Below, piece by piece: positions 26,182-36,130 of a DNA stretch of 39,483 nucleotides. How positions within the stretch are numbered: position 1 is the stretch's first letter; each line of letters opens with the position of its first letter. Both the position numbers and the translations under genes were made by a program. The notes below the pieces were generated by a model that was given only the letters and a program-made list of their open reading frames with translations, ran no database searches and was not told where the DNA came from. Source of the DNA: Chthonomonadaceae bacterium (GTDB lineage: Bacteria; Armatimonadota; Chthonomonadetes; Chthonomonadales; Chthonomonadaceae); assembly GCA_035650735.1 (NCBI GenBank), contig DASRGZ010000010.1:1-39483 (forward strand). Direction: 5' to 3'.

Positions 26182-29100
26182 ATGCCCACGCCCGGCTACT
26201 ATCGCTTTCCGGCGATTTACAAAGATACGGTTGTTTTCACCTCCGAAGATGACCTCTGGACGGTCCCGGCGGAGGGCGGGGTGGCACGGCGCCTCACCGC
26301 CAACCTGGGCCGGATCGCAAACAGCGCCTTTTCCCCGGATGGAGCCACACTGGCCTTCTCCGGGCGCGAGGAAGGCCACAACGAAGTGCACATCATGCCC
26401 GCCGAGGGTGGCCCGGTTCAGCGCCTGACCTACCTGGGCGTCAACAGCCGCGTTCTAGGCTGGACGCTCGACGGCGCAAAGATCCTGTTTGCCAGCGATT
26501 ACGGCAAGCCCTTCGACGGCATCACCTATGTCTACGCCATCGGCCCGGAGGGCGGGGAGCCGCAGCCCTGGCCGCTCGGCCCCGTCGTCAGCCTCTCTCT
26601 GGCCTCCGGCAACCGCATGGTCCTCGGACGCAACAACAACGATCCCGCCCGCTGGAAACGTTACCGGGGCGGCACCGCCGGAGACCTCTGGATAGACGCG
26701 GAGGGCAACGGCGAGTTCCGGCGGTTGATCCAATTGCGGGGCAATATGGCCTCGCCCCTCTGGATCGGCGACCGGATCTACTTCATCTCCGACCATGAGG
26801 GCATCAGCAACCTCTATTCCTGCACGCCCGACGGCGCCAATCTGCGCCGCCACACCCACCATGCCGATTTCTACGTTCGTTTCCCCTCTACCGACGGGCA
26901 GCGCATCGTCTACCACGCGGGGGCCGACATCTACCTCTACGACCCGCAGGCCGATGCCAGCCGCCGTATCGAGATCGCCTACCACAGCCCGCGCGTGCAG
27001 CGGCAGCGCAAGTTCGTGGATGCCGCCAAGTACTTAGAAACTTATGCGCCCCACCCGCAGGGCCATTCCCTGGCCGTCACCACGCGCGGCAAGAGTTTTA
27101 CCCTCGGTAACTGGGAAGGCCCGGTCATCCAGCAGGGAGGAGAGAACGCCCCGGTGCGCTACCGCCTCACCCGCTGGCTCAACGACGGGCAGCGCGTCGT
27201 CACCGTCGCCGACGTCAACGGGGTGGACACGCTGGAGATCCACTATGCGAGCGGCGACGCCACAAAGCCGCCGGTGCGCCTGGAGGGGCTTGACATTGGG
27301 CGGCCCTACAGCCTGGTCATCTCTCCCACGCACGATCACCTGATCCTCAACAACCACCGCAACGAAGTCCTCTTCGTGGATCTGGCGGAGAAAACGGCGC
27401 AGATCATAGATCGCAGCCCGTTCCACCAGACCTGGGGCATGGACTGGTCGCCGGACGGCCACTGGGTCGCCTACGACTTCGCCGACACGCAGTACACGCG
27501 GGCCATCAAGCTCTGGGACCGCGCGACCGGCCAGGCGTACGCCGTCACCGAGCCTGTTCACTCCGATTCGCTGCCCGTCTTCGACCCGGAAGGAAACTAT
27601 CTCTACTTTCTGGGCCGGCGGGACTTCAATCCCGTCTATGACAACCTGCATTTTGATCTTAGCTTCCCGAGGGGCGTGCGGCCTTACCTGATCACGCTGC
27701 GCGCCGATCAGAGTTCGCCCTTCCTGCCGACGCCGGAGCCGCTTGCCGAGCCGCCCAAGCCGGAGGAGAAGTCGCTCGCGCCTACGCCGGAAGAGGAGGC
27801 GACCGGCGAGGCGACAGCGCCCGTCACGACTACGCCCAAGCCGGTCGTCATTGACCTGGAGGGGATCGCCAATCGCGTCGTGGCCTTCCCGGTGCCGGAA
27901 GGGCTCTATGGAGACATCGGCGCGCTCAAGGACAAGGTGCTGTTTACCTCGTTCCCGGTGGAGGGGGCGCTGGAGGAAGATTGGAGGCAGGGCGAGCCGG
28001 AGCCCAAGGGCACGCTGGAGGTCTACGACTTCAAGGAGCGCAAGCACGAGCCGCTGATTACCGGCGTGGGTGACTTTCAGATCTCGAAGGACGGCACAAC
28101 GCTGGTCTACCGTGCGGGCCAGAAGCTGCGCGCACTCAAGGCCGGGGAGAAGCCGGACGAGAAGACCGCCCATGAGCCGCCGGGCCGCAAGAGCGGCTGG
28201 ATCGATCTGGGACGCATTAAGGTCTCCATCCTCCCCGGCGTGGAGTGGCAGCAGATGGCGCGGGAGGTCTGGCGGCTGCAAAATGAGTACTTCTGGACGC
28301 CCGACATGTCGCGGGTGGATTGGAACGCGGTCTGGGACCGCTATTCTCCGCTGATCGAGCGCGTGGGCACGCGCTGGGAGCTCTCCGATCTGATGTGGGA
28401 GATGCAGGGCGAACTGGGCACCTCGCACGCCTACGAGTTCGGCGGCGACTACCGTCCGGAGCCGACCTATCCGCAGGGCTTCCTCGGCGCCGATTACGCC
28501 TACGACCCCGATTCGGACTCCTACCGTATCACCCATATCGTGCAGGGCACGCCGGGCGACCGGCGGGCCAACTCGCCGCTCAACGGTCCCGGCGTCAACG
28601 TCCGGGTGGGGGATAAGATCAGGGCCATCAATGGGCGGCGGGTAAGCCGGGAGGTCAAGCCGCAGGAGCTGCTGGTCCATCAGGCGGAAAGCGAAGTGAC
28701 GCTGACCGTCGAGGATGCCGAGGGCAAGGCGCGCGATGTGACGGTCAAGGCGCTCCGGTCAGAGTTTCCCGCGAGATATCGCGAGTGGGTAGAGGGCAAC
28801 CGCCGTGCGGTGCATGAGGCGACGGGGGGGCGCGTCGGCTACGTCCATATCCCGGACATGATGGGGCACGGCTACGCCGAGTTCCACCGTCTGTATCTGA
28901 CCGAGGTTCGCTTTGACGCGCTGATCGTGGATGTGCGGTTCAACCGGGGCGGCCATGTCTCGCAGCTTATCCTGGAGAAATTGGGCCGCAAGCGCCTGGG
29001 CTACGATGTCTCGCGGTGGGGCCAGCCGGAGCCGTATCCGAGCTATTCGGTGGCCGGCCCGATGGTCATGCTGACCAACCAGTTCGCCGGCTCGGATGGG

Positions 29101-29460
29101 GACATCGTCAGTCACGGCTTCAAGATGATGAAGCTGGGGCCGCTGATCGGCACGCGCACCTGGGGTGGGGTCATCGGCATCTCGCCGCGCAACCGGCTGG
29201 CCGATGGCTCAATGACGACGCAGCCGGAGTACTCGTTCTGGTTTACGGACGTGGGCTGGGGCGTCGAGAACTACGGCACCGACCCCGACATTGAGGTGGA
29301 CTACGCGCCGCAGGACTATGCGCGCGGCTGCGACCCGCAAATGGAGAAGGGTATTGAGGTCATCCTGCAACTGCTGGAGGCTAACCCGCCGCTGAAGCCC
29401 TCCTTTGAAGATCGCCCGAACCTGGCGCCGCCGCCGCTCATGCCGGTCCGCCGCAAATAA
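26182..29460 (+). CDS. Tricorn protease homolog (S41; beta-propellers plus PDZ)
   Basis: WKRYRGGTAG, GELGTSHAY, GYVHIPDM, DVRFNRGG, AGSDGD, GTRTWGGVIG, VENYGTDPD. Confidence 0.95.
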   Translation: MPTPGYYRFPAIYKDTVVFTSEDDLWTVPAEGGVARRLTANLGRIANSAFSPDGATLAFSGREEGHNEVHIMPAEGGPVQRLTYLGVNSRVLGWTLDGAKILFASDYGKPFDGITYVYAIGPEGGEPQPWPLGPVVSLSLASGNRMVLGRNNNDPARWKRYRGGTAGDLWIDAEGNGEFRRLIQLRGNMASPLWIGDRIYFISDHEGISNLYSCTPDGANLRRHTHHADFYVRFPSTDGQRIVYHAGADIYLYDPQADASRRIEIAYHSPRVQRQRKFVDAAKYLETYAPHPQGHSLAVTTRGKSFTLGNWEGPVIQQGGENAPVRYRLTRWLNDGQRVVTVADVNGVDTLEIHYASGDATKPPVRLEGLDIGRPYSLVISPTHDHLILNNHRNEVLFVDLAEKTAQIIDRSPFHQTWGMDWSPDGHWVAYDFADTQYTRAIKLWDRATGQAYAVTEPVHSDSLPVFDPEGNYLYFLGRRDFNPVYDNLHFDLSFPRGVRPYLITLRADQSSPFLPTPEPLAEPPKPEEKSLAPTPEEEATGEATAPVTTTPKPVVIDLEGIANRVVAFPVPEGLYGDIGALKDKVLFTSFPVEGALEEDWRQGEPEPKGTLEVYDFKERKHEPLITGVGDFQISKDGTTLVYRAGQKLRALKAGEKPDEKTAHEPPGRKSGWIDLGRIKVSILPGVEWQQMAREVWRLQNEYFWTPDMSRVDWNAVWDRYSPLIERVGTRWELSDLMWEMQGELGTSHAYEFGGDYRPEPTYPQGFLGADYAYDPDSDSYRITHIVQGTPGDRRANSPLNGPGVNVRVGDKIRAINGRRVSREVKPQELLVHQAESEVTLTVEDAEGKARDVTVKALRSEFPARYREWVEGNRRAVHEATGGRVGYVHIPDMMGHGYAEFHRLYLTEVRFDALIVDVRFNRGGHVSQLILEKLGRKRLGYDVSRWGQPEPYPSYSVAGPMVMLTNQFAGSDGDIVSHGFKMMKLGPLIGTRTWGGVIGISPRNRLADGSMTTQPEYSFWFTDVGWGVENYGTDPDIEVDYAPQDYARGCDPQMEKGIEVILQLLEANPPLKPSFEDRPNLAPPPLMPVRRK

Positions 29461-29478
29461 CCGAACAAGCTAAATGCC

Positions 29479-29592
29479 TCAACAGGATGAACAGAATTAC
29501 TCAGGATTTACAGGATTAGGGCTAGAGAACAATTCACATTGATTATCAGTAGGGGTTTGTTCGTCCTTTAGAAATCCTGTTCATCCTGTTGA
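29479..29592. repeat. Inverted repeat element of the (A)CAGGAT-unit type between convergent genes
   Basis: TCAACAGGATGAACAGAATT (29479-29498) vs reverse complement of 29573-29592, 19/20; extra CAGGAT units inside. Confidence 0.75.
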
Positions 29593-29626
29593 AAGGTTTT
29601 TCTGGCGGGTGGTGGATTATGGAGGT

Positions 29627-30421
29627 CTAGTCGTTTGACGTGCGGCATAGGAATTCGCGCGCCAGGGCCGCGTTTTCCTCCACCATGTTGTCCTTGTCGC
29701 CACGGTGCATCCCAACGTTGACGACGTCGCCGGGCTTGATGTTTTCGAAGGCGTACTCGAACGCCATCCGTGCATCAATCCGACCGGCGCCCATGATCTT
29801 ATAGCCGATACAGGGTTTTTGGATCTCTTGGATGCAGGCCACCGCCCGAAGCATGTCCGACAGGCTGAACTTCTCGCCTTGCCCGTTGTGGATGCTTCCG
29901 CAGGTAAAGAATGGGACGGCGTGGAAGTCGGTAATGTCCAGAGAATCCACCCATCTATGCGCCTCCGGGGTGTGGCCCGCACAACCGACAGGGACGCCCA
30001 AGCTACGCGCATGATTGCACCAGCGGCGCAGCGTCGCCTCGTCCTTGCGGCAGAAGAGATTGTCCACCTGACCGCCATGGATGTAGAGCGCCTTGCACCC
30101 GATCTCCACCACTTCGTCGAGGGCCGCCTCCATAACGGGCTGGAGGCGACAATTAACCTGGGCGATCCACTGGAGCTTTCCCCCGCCCCCTAGATATTCG
30201 CGCACTGCCTGGACCACATGCGGGCTTTCGTTGTTGGTGATCATCGTATTGATCCCGGCTGCCTCGGCCCGACCCCAGGTCTCAAGAATCCGATCCACGG
30301 TGTGATAGGCCACCATCTCTCGATCGCGTACCGCGTTCTGGTGACTGAATCCCCCAAACGGGTTGGCACCCAGAATCAGGCGCGTCACCGTGAGTCCGCA
30401 AAAATTGACTGTCGGCAACAT
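29627..30421 (-). CDS. Aldo/keto-reductase-like TIM-barrel protein
   Basis: LPTV.F.GL.VTRLILG.NPF, AGINT, KPCIGYKIMGAGR, AFEYAF, VNVGM. Confidence 0.7.
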   Translation of the reverse strand: MLPTVNFCGLTVTRLILGANPFGGFSHQNAVRDREMVAYHTVDRILETWGRAEAAGINTMITNNESPHVVQAVREYLGGGGKLQWIAQVNCRLQPVMEAALDEVVEIGCKALYIHGGQVDNLFCRKDEATLRRWCNHARSLGVPVGCAGHTPEAHRWVDSLDITDFHAVPFFTCGSIHNGQGEKFSLSDMLRAVACIQEIQKPCIGYKIMGAGRIDARMAFEYAFENIKPGDVVNVGMHRGDKDNMVEENAALAREFLCRTSND

Positions 30422-30752
30422 AGTCGTGTTCCTCCCTCCAGTATCGCTACATATGGGCTAGTAATACCGTTACAGATGGCTGGCTCTTTTGAGCCTTCGA
30501 TGATCAGGAAAACCACTCTCCTCTCTAAATTCGAGGTGCGGAGCTCTACTTCCTGTCTCTTTGGCAGCGTCTTTTACATTACGTGTTGACGTGCATAAAC
30601 CTCCGACGCGAGCGTGGAGGATTAGGAGGCAAGCAGAGTGAACTGTCCTGCCGGATGCGCCGTTGCCTGATTGAGGTCGTCTCTATAGCGACCGGTGGAG
30701 GCAATGAGGACGCTCCTCAAATATCGCACTCGTAAGGAGGCAATGCCCTATC

Positions 30753-31727
30753 ATGCTGCGCCTGGATAGCCATATGCATTACATGGGCGACACGCCCGAG
30801 TCCCGCGAACTGCTGGAGCGGCTGGACCTGAAGATGATGAACATCTGCGTGGCCGAGGACGCCAACGGCCAGTGGAGGGAGCAAGCCGACTGCTATGCCC
30901 AACTGGCTCGGGAGTTCCCGAATCGGTTCGCCTGGTGTACCAGCTTCGACCTGCCCCGCTTTGACGATCCGGGGTATGTGGACGCCGTGATCGCCGGGCT
31001 GGAGCACGACTTTGCCGAGGGCGCGGTGGCCTGCAAGATCTGGAAGAACTTCGGCATGGGAGTGCGCAAACCGAGCGGTGAGCATATGTTGCCCGACGAT
31101 CCTCTGCTGGAGCCGATCTACGCGTTCATCGCCGACCGCGGTAAGACTCTGCTCATGCACATCGCCGACCCGCTGGACGGCTGGCTGCCTCTCCGCGAAG
31201 GATCGGCTCACTACGGTTACTTCAGCAAGAATCCGGAGTGGCATCTGTATGGCCGGACGGACTATCCCTCTCATCAGCAGCTAATAGATGCCCGCGACGC
31301 GGTGGTGGCGCGTCATCCGAAGTTACGGGTGGTGGGCGCGCATCTAGGCAGCCTGGAGCACGACGTGGATGAGGTCGCCCTTCGTTTCGACCGCTACCCG
31401 AACTTCGCCGTTGATATGTCGGCCCGTCTTCTCGATCTGGCGCTTCAGGACCCGAAGAAGGTGCGCGCCTTTTTCCTCAAGTACCCGGATCGGGTGCTGT
31501 TCGGGGCCGATATGGGCACCTGGGGCCAGGCTTCCGCCAAATCGCCTGAGCAGCTTGCGGCCAGCATGAACTACATGGCCAACTCCTATGAGGAGCATTT
31601 TCGCTACCTGGAACGAAGCGAGATGACTATCGTGCAGGGCCGCGAGGTGGCGGGTATCGGGCTGCCGGCGGAGGTATTGGACAAGGTCTATCGCGACAAC
31701 GCCCGGTGCTGGTATCCTGGCGTATAA
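30753..31727 (+). CDS. Amidohydrolase_2 family protein
   Basis: DSHMH, CKIWK, LMHIADP, VVGAHLG, PDRVLFGAD, YRDNA; RBS AAGGAGG. Confidence 0.88.
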   Translation: MLRLDSHMHYMGDTPESRELLERLDLKMMNICVAEDANGQWREQADCYAQLAREFPNRFAWCTSFDLPRFDDPGYVDAVIAGLEHDFAEGAVACKIWKNFGMGVRKPSGEHMLPDDPLLEPIYAFIADRGKTLLMHIADPLDGWLPLREGSAHYGYFSKNPEWHLYGRTDYPSHQQLIDARDAVVARHPKLRVVGAHLGSLEHDVDEVALRFDRYPNFAVDMSARLLDLALQDPKKVRAFFLKYPDRVLFGADMGTWGQASAKSPEQLAASMNYMANSYEEHFRYLERSEMTIVQGREVAGIGLPAEVLDKVYRDNARCWYPGV

Positions 31728-31785
31728 CCGAAATCGGGACAGATAACGATGGTTCCCCGGGTTTGGCGGGCACCAGAAGCCGACC

Positions 31786-32706
31786 TTACTTCAGACCCAG
31801 GGCTATCAGTTCCAGGAAGCGCGCCTGGTCTACGGCTAACACCAACTCGGCGTTGGGTGCGCATTCCGTCAGGCCATACCAATCGATGACCGTTTGACCG
31901 CGCGTGAACTGGCCCGCTAATTCGATCTGGACATACCGCGTTTCCGACTGCTGCACTATCTCGGGTTCCATTGCCACCGCCATCGCCAGCGGGTCCGGCT
32001 CCAAGAGAACCGCTGGCTCCGACACCGGCGCGGCTAACCACTTGTGCAGCGTCCTGCGAAAGAACTCCGCGCGGGGTGAGCCGCCCCCACACAGCCCTTC
32101 GACCTGATGGGGAAGCAGGCCATGCGCCAGGGTGGTTTCCCAAGAGACCAGGGTCAGCCTGGGCCACCGGGAAAACACAATGGCGGCGGCTTCCGGATCG
32201 CAGTAGAAGTTGAACTCGGCGGCTCGTTCCCAGGAGTTCCCTTTGGCGTGGATGGCCCCGCCCATGACCACCAGGCGCTTGTATTTCTGGGGCAGGCTGG
32301 GGTCCAGACGGGTGGCCAGGGCAAGGTTGGTCAGCGGGCCCAGGGCTACCAGCGTCAACGCGCCAGGAGCTTGGTTTGCCAGGCGGATCAACGCCTGGAC
32401 GGCATGTTCCGAGGCGGGCTGACGGGGCGAAGGCGGATAGCCGCTGTCACCGAGTCCGTCCGTGCCGTGGGAGATAGCCCGGCGTGGGGTCGGGATCACC
32501 AGGGCATCTTCGCATCCTGGGAACACTGGCACTTCTGCGTCGATCACGTCGAGAATAATCAGGGCATTGCGGGTGGCCTGCTCCAGGGAGACGTTGCCGG
32601 CGACGGTGGTGAGGGCTTCGACCTGCGCGTGGGGGTGGGCGAAGGCCATCAGGAGGGCATGGGCATCATCCACGCCGGGGTCGGTGTCAATGACAAGGCG
32701 GTGCAT
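31786..32706 (-). CDS. Inosine/uridine-preferring nucleoside hydrolase
   Basis: IDTDPGVDDA, TTVAGNV, HGTDGLG, LGPLTNLA, MGG...GN, AEFNFYCDPEAA. Confidence 0.93.
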   Translation of the reverse strand: MHRLVIDTDPGVDDAHALLMAFAHPHAQVEALTTVAGNVSLEQATRNALIILDVIDAEVPVFPGCEDALVIPTPRRAISHGTDGLGDSGYPPSPRQPASEHAVQALIRLANQAPGALTLVALGPLTNLALATRLDPSLPQKYKRLVVMGGAIHAKGNSWERAAEFNFYCDPEAAAIVFSRWPRLTLVSWETTLAHGLLPHQVEGLCGGGSPRAEFFRRTLHKWLAAPVSEPAVLLEPDPLAMAVAMEPEIVQQSETRYVQIELAGQFTRGQTVIDWYGLTECAPNAELVLAVDQARFLELIALGLK

Positions 32707-32784
32707 GCGAGCCTCCTATTTCCACCGAGCCGATGATTCGAGGGATATACGAACTCCAGGGGCTGACCCGGTGGCTGGTCCTGT

Positions 32785-33951
32785 CTAACTAATCCTGTCT
32801 GAGAAGCGGCGGACGGCCTGCGCGAAGAGGTCGGCGGCGCGCTCTAGCTCCGCTTCGGTGGTGCCGCGCCCCAGCGTAAAGCGCACGCCGCTGGAGGCCA
32901 GACTGTCCGGCAGGCCGATGGCTTTGAGCACGTGCGAGGGCTCGATAGAGCCGGAGGAGCAGGCCGAGCCGCTAGAGGCCGCCACACCCAGGCGATCCAG
33001 GCTCATGAGCAGGGTCGCCCCGGCCGCGCCCTCCACGGAGACGTTGACATTGTTGGGCAGGCGCAGGGTCGGGTGGCCGTTCAGGCGCAGGCCGGGGACG
33101 GCCTGGCGCAGCAAGGCGAGGAAGCGGTCGCGCAGGGCCGTCAGGCGGGCGGCGTCGGCGGCGCGGCGCTCCCTGGTCAGTTGCGCGGCCCGCCCGAAGC
33201 CGACGATGGCGGCGACGTTCTCCGTTCCGGCGCGCTTCTCCCGCTCCTGCGCCCCGCCATGCAGGATCGGTGAGACCTTCGTTCCCTGCCGGATATAGAG
33301 CGCGCCGATGCCCTTCGGCCCGTAGATCTTGTGCGCGGAGAGGGTCAGCAGATCGCAGTCGAGCGCGCGCACGGCGATGGGCAGCAGTCCCGCCGTCTGA
33401 ACCGCGTCCGTGTGGAATTTTGCGCCGCGCGCATGGGCCAATCGGGCAATCTCGGCGATAGGCTGGATCGTGCCGATCTCGTTGTTGGCGTGCATCACGG
33501 AGACGAGCGCCGTCTGATCGGTGATCGCCTCGGCGACGGCCTCCGGGGAAACCAGGCCGTCGCTATCCACCGGAACTATCGTCACCGCATAGCCCTGCTC
33601 CTGCAGGAAGTGGGCGGTATGCAGCACGGCATGATGCTCCATCGCGGTCGTGACGAGGTGGTTACGCTCCGGCGGGGCGGCCAGCATCGTGCCGATCAGG
33701 GCCAGATTGTCCGCCTCGGTGCCGCTGCCAGTAAAGTAGATTTCGCTGTAATCGGCCTGGATCAATGCGGCGACGGCATCACGGGCGGCATCCACCGCCG
33801 CGCGGGCCGCGCGCCCATAGCGGTGGATGCTGGAGGGGTTGCCGTAGGAGGCCGGGCCGCCGAGATAGGGCAGCATGGCGGCGGCTACCTCCGGGTCGGT
33901 CGGCGTCGTGGCGGCATGATCAAGATAGATAGGCAAATCGTTCGCGCTCAT
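32785..33951 (-). CDS. Cysteine desulfurase (IscS/NifS group I)
   Basis: IYLDHAATTP, GNPSS.H, GTEADN, ANNEIG, HTDAVQ, SAHKIYGPKG, SSGSACSS; ATG at 33951. Confidence 0.93.
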   Translation of the reverse strand: MSANDLPIYLDHAATTPTDPEVAAAMLPYLGGPASYGNPSSIHRYGRAARAAVDAARDAVAALIQADYSEIYFTGSGTEADNLALIGTMLAAPPERNHLVTTAMEHHAVLHTAHFLQEQGYAVTIVPVDSDGLVSPEAVAEAITDQTALVSVMHANNEIGTIQPIAEIARLAHARGAKFHTDAVQTAGLLPIAVRALDCDLLTLSAHKIYGPKGIGALYIRQGTKVSPILHGGAQEREKRAGTENVAAIVGFGRAAQLTRERRAADAARLTALRDRFLALLRQAVPGLRLNGHPTLRLPNNVNVSVEGAAGATLLMSLDRLGVAASSGSACSSGSIEPSHVLKAIGLPDSLASSGVRFTLGRGTTEAELERAADLFAQAVRRFSDRIS

Positions 33952-33982
33952 ACCTCTATTATACACAACTGCCGTGAAAATG

Positions 33983-34190
33983 GCCCTCACCCCCTGTCCC
34001 CTACTGCCAGGGTCGGGGCTACAATGGACTGCCAGGGTCGGCAAGGGTACGGCCCTTGCCGACCCTGGCTACACCTTGCGACAGCCCTCCGCCTGGCGAT
34101 CCACGCTGCGGGAGAGGGGGAACGGAAAAGCCGGGTCCCCCTTTCCCTAGCGAGGGACGAGCGGATAGGGAAGGGGGACGGGGGGTTAGG
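33983..34190. repeat. REP-like palindrome cluster containing two nested TCGC...GGCAGT elements (34003-34099, minus strand)
   Basis: GCCCTCACCCCCTGTCCCCT-[insert]-TCCACGCTGCGGGAGAGGGGG ... CCCCTTTCCCTA..TAGGGAAGGGGG..GGGGGTTAGG. Confidence 0.8.
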
Positions 34191-35001
34191 TCAGTTGACG
34201 CAGGCCGAGGAAAGCGCCCATGCGTGGGCAGCCGGGAACGAGGCGGTGGCTGAAGAAGAGATCGGTGTCGCGATGCGTGCGCCAGGGGGAGCGGGCGATA
34301 TTCGGCTCCGGCACGCCCGCCAGGCGCAGTTGGTGGCAAACGGCGGCGGTCAGATCAAGCGTCCAGTGGCCGGGCCGTGTGGGAGTGAAGACGCCTGGCG
34401 CGGCGGCATCGTGAGGGTCAAAAGCGGCGTGAACGCGCTCGTCTACCTCGTAGCCGTCCGGGCCAATGCCGGGGCCGATGGCAGCCAGGCACGCCTGCGC
34501 CCGCGTGCCAAACGCCCGCGCCATCGCCTCCAGCGTGCGCAGCGCGATGCGGCCCGCCGTGCCCCGCCAGCCGGAGTGCGCCAGGCCGATGGCGCGATGG
34601 AGAGGGTCGAAGAAGCAGATGGGAAGACAGTCGGCGATGGTGATGCCGAGCAGCAGTCCCGGCGTTGCCGTGACCAGCGCATCGCAGCTCGGAATGGCGG
34701 TCTCCGGAGAGAGCGCGCCCGCTCCCTGGTGCTCCTCCCCGACCACCGCAACCTCTGCGCCATGCACCTGTGCCGGAACCACCAGGGACTCCACCGGAAA
34801 ATCGAAGAGCGCGCACGCGGCCTGCCGGTTACGCCGCACGACCTCCCGACGCGCCTCCACCGAGAACGAGAGGTTATAGGCGTCTGCCGGCTCGCCCCGT
34901 AAGGTCACGCCCTGCGCTAGAAAGGGAAACTGCTCCAGGCTCCGCGCGGCAGCATAACGGCCTGCCGGCGTGCTAACCAGATGCCAGCCATTTTCCCCCA
35001 A
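34186..35001 (-). CDS. pgeF: Peptidoglycan editing factor / purine nucleoside phosphorylase (YfiH/PgeF)
   Basis: NLSF, QVHG, DALVT, ADCLP, HSGWRG, AIGPGIG, YEV, FFSHR; probable TTG start at 35001. Confidence 0.9.
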   Translation of the reverse strand: MGENGWHLVSTPAGRYAAARSLEQFPFLAQGVTLRGEPADAYNLSFSVEARREVVRRNRQAACALFDFPVESLVVPAQVHGAEVAVVGEEHQGAGALSPETAIPSCDALVTATPGLLLGITIADCLPICFFDPLHRAIGLAHSGWRGTAGRIALRTLEAMARAFGTRAQACLAAIGPGIGPDGYEVDERVHAAFDPHDAAAPGVFTPTRPGHWTLDLTAAVCHQLRLAGVPEPNIARSPWRTHRDTDLFFSHRLVPGCPRMGAFLGLRQLT

Positions 35002-35005
35002 CGCC

Positions 35006-35797
35006 TTACCGATTCCTATGCTGCCGACCGTCGAGCGTTGCCTGCTTCTGCTCCTGGCGCACGAGTCGGACAAATCGGGGCAGCAGCAGCACCTTGTTGA
35101 TTTTACGGGGGTTTACCAGGACGCGCCAGAGCCACTCCAGGTGGAACTTTTGCATCCAGGCTGGGGCGCGGCGCGTTCTGCCGGAGAGGACGTCGAACGT
35201 CCCGCCCACGCCGATAAGCACCGGCACGCCCAGCTCCTCGCGGTGCGCGGCGATCCACTTCTCCTGTTTGGGAATGCCCATCGCCACGCACAGCACATCC
35301 GGCTGCTGGCAGCGGATGTCCTCCAGCACGGCCTCCATCTCGCCCGGCCCGAAGAAGCCGTGATGCGTGCCGACGATCTGGGCGCCCGGATACCGGGCCT
35401 GCATTCTCGCCGCCGCCTGCTCCGCCACGCCCTCCGCCGCGCCCAGGAAATAGAGCCGATATCCGCGCTCCGGCGAGAGGGCGCAGAGCCGTTCGACGAT
35501 CTCGACCCCGGAGACGCGCTCGCGCAGCGGCGTTCCGACTTGCTTCGCCGCCCAGAGGATGCCGGCGCTGTCGGGCGTGACCAGATCGGCGGCGGCAACG
35601 AGGGAACGCAGCTGGGCGTCCTCCTGCGCCATCACCAGCATCGAGGAGTCGGCGGTGATAATGTGATGGGGCGTGCCGGAGCCAATAAAGCGGTCTATTT
35701 GGGCCAGCGCCGCGTCCATATCTACATCATGGACGGGCAGGCCGAGAATAGAGATGGCAGGCAGCGGGTTGGGCTTCAGAGGCAATACGGGTGACAT
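35006..35797 (-). CDS. WecB/TagA/CpsF family glycosyltransferase
   Basis: PDSAGI.WA, ERVSG, YFLGA, HHGFF, VAMGIPKQEKWI, GVGGTFD, RAP.WMQ..HLEWL.R. Confidence 0.93.
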   Translation of the reverse strand: MSPVLPLKPNPLPAISILGLPVHDVDMDAALAQIDRFIGSGTPHHIITADSSMLVMAQEDAQLRSLVAAADLVTPDSAGILWAAKQVGTPLRERVSGVEIVERLCALSPERGYRLYFLGAAEGVAEQAAARMQARYPGAQIVGTHHGFFGPGEMEAVLEDIRCQQPDVLCVAMGIPKQEKWIAAHREELGVPVLIGVGGTFDVLSGRTRRAPAWMQKFHLEWLWRVLVNPRKINKVLLLPRFVRLVRQEQKQATLDGRQHRNR

Positions 35798-35854
35798 GGC
35801 TTCGTTGGGCTGAGAATGTAATCTCTTCCGTCAAGGCGCGTCTGCTTGACCGAT

Positions 35855-35883
35855 AGTATAGCGTGCATAATCCAGTCTGTCAA
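35855..35883 (-). promoter_or_regulatory. sigma70 promoter for the WecB-pgeF operon
   Basis: Minus strand TTGACA, 17-bp spacer, TATACT. Confidence 0.75.
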
Positions 35884-36065
35884 CCGGAAGTATACCCTAA
35901 ATTGCCAGTAATATTGCGTGGTAAAGAAAATCATTCCCAGGACGGCCCCACCACTGCCCTTTGTTCCCGGCTCTCCTGGTAAGGATTCTGTAGGCCCTGC
36001 GCACCGTCGGAACCCACCGCTGTCCTTGCCTCCCGACTGTCTCCAATGCCCGGCCCCGGCGTTGC

Positions 36066-36094
36066 TTGACATCCGGCGGGCGCCGTTCTATACT
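36066..36094 (+). promoter_or_regulatory. sigma70 promoter for the K+ channel gene
   Basis: TTGACA (36066-36071), 17-bp spacer, TATACT (36089-36094). Confidence 0.75.
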
Positions 36095-36130
36095 GTCTGC
36101 ACAGGAACTTACCGGTAGATAGGGGAGGGG

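Noticed and set aside
30586..30623. TTGAC plus hairpin (CCTCC-GACGCGAGCGT-GGAGG) plus GATT resembling an IS200/IS605 end or omega-RNA remnant
   Set aside because: Single short imperfect hairpin with no tnpA/tnpB/iscB fragment nearby; too weak to call
33952..34044. 31-aa N-terminal extension of the cysteine desulfurase in the ORF track
   Set aside because: Derived largely from the REP/insert sequence; family homology starts at ATG 33951
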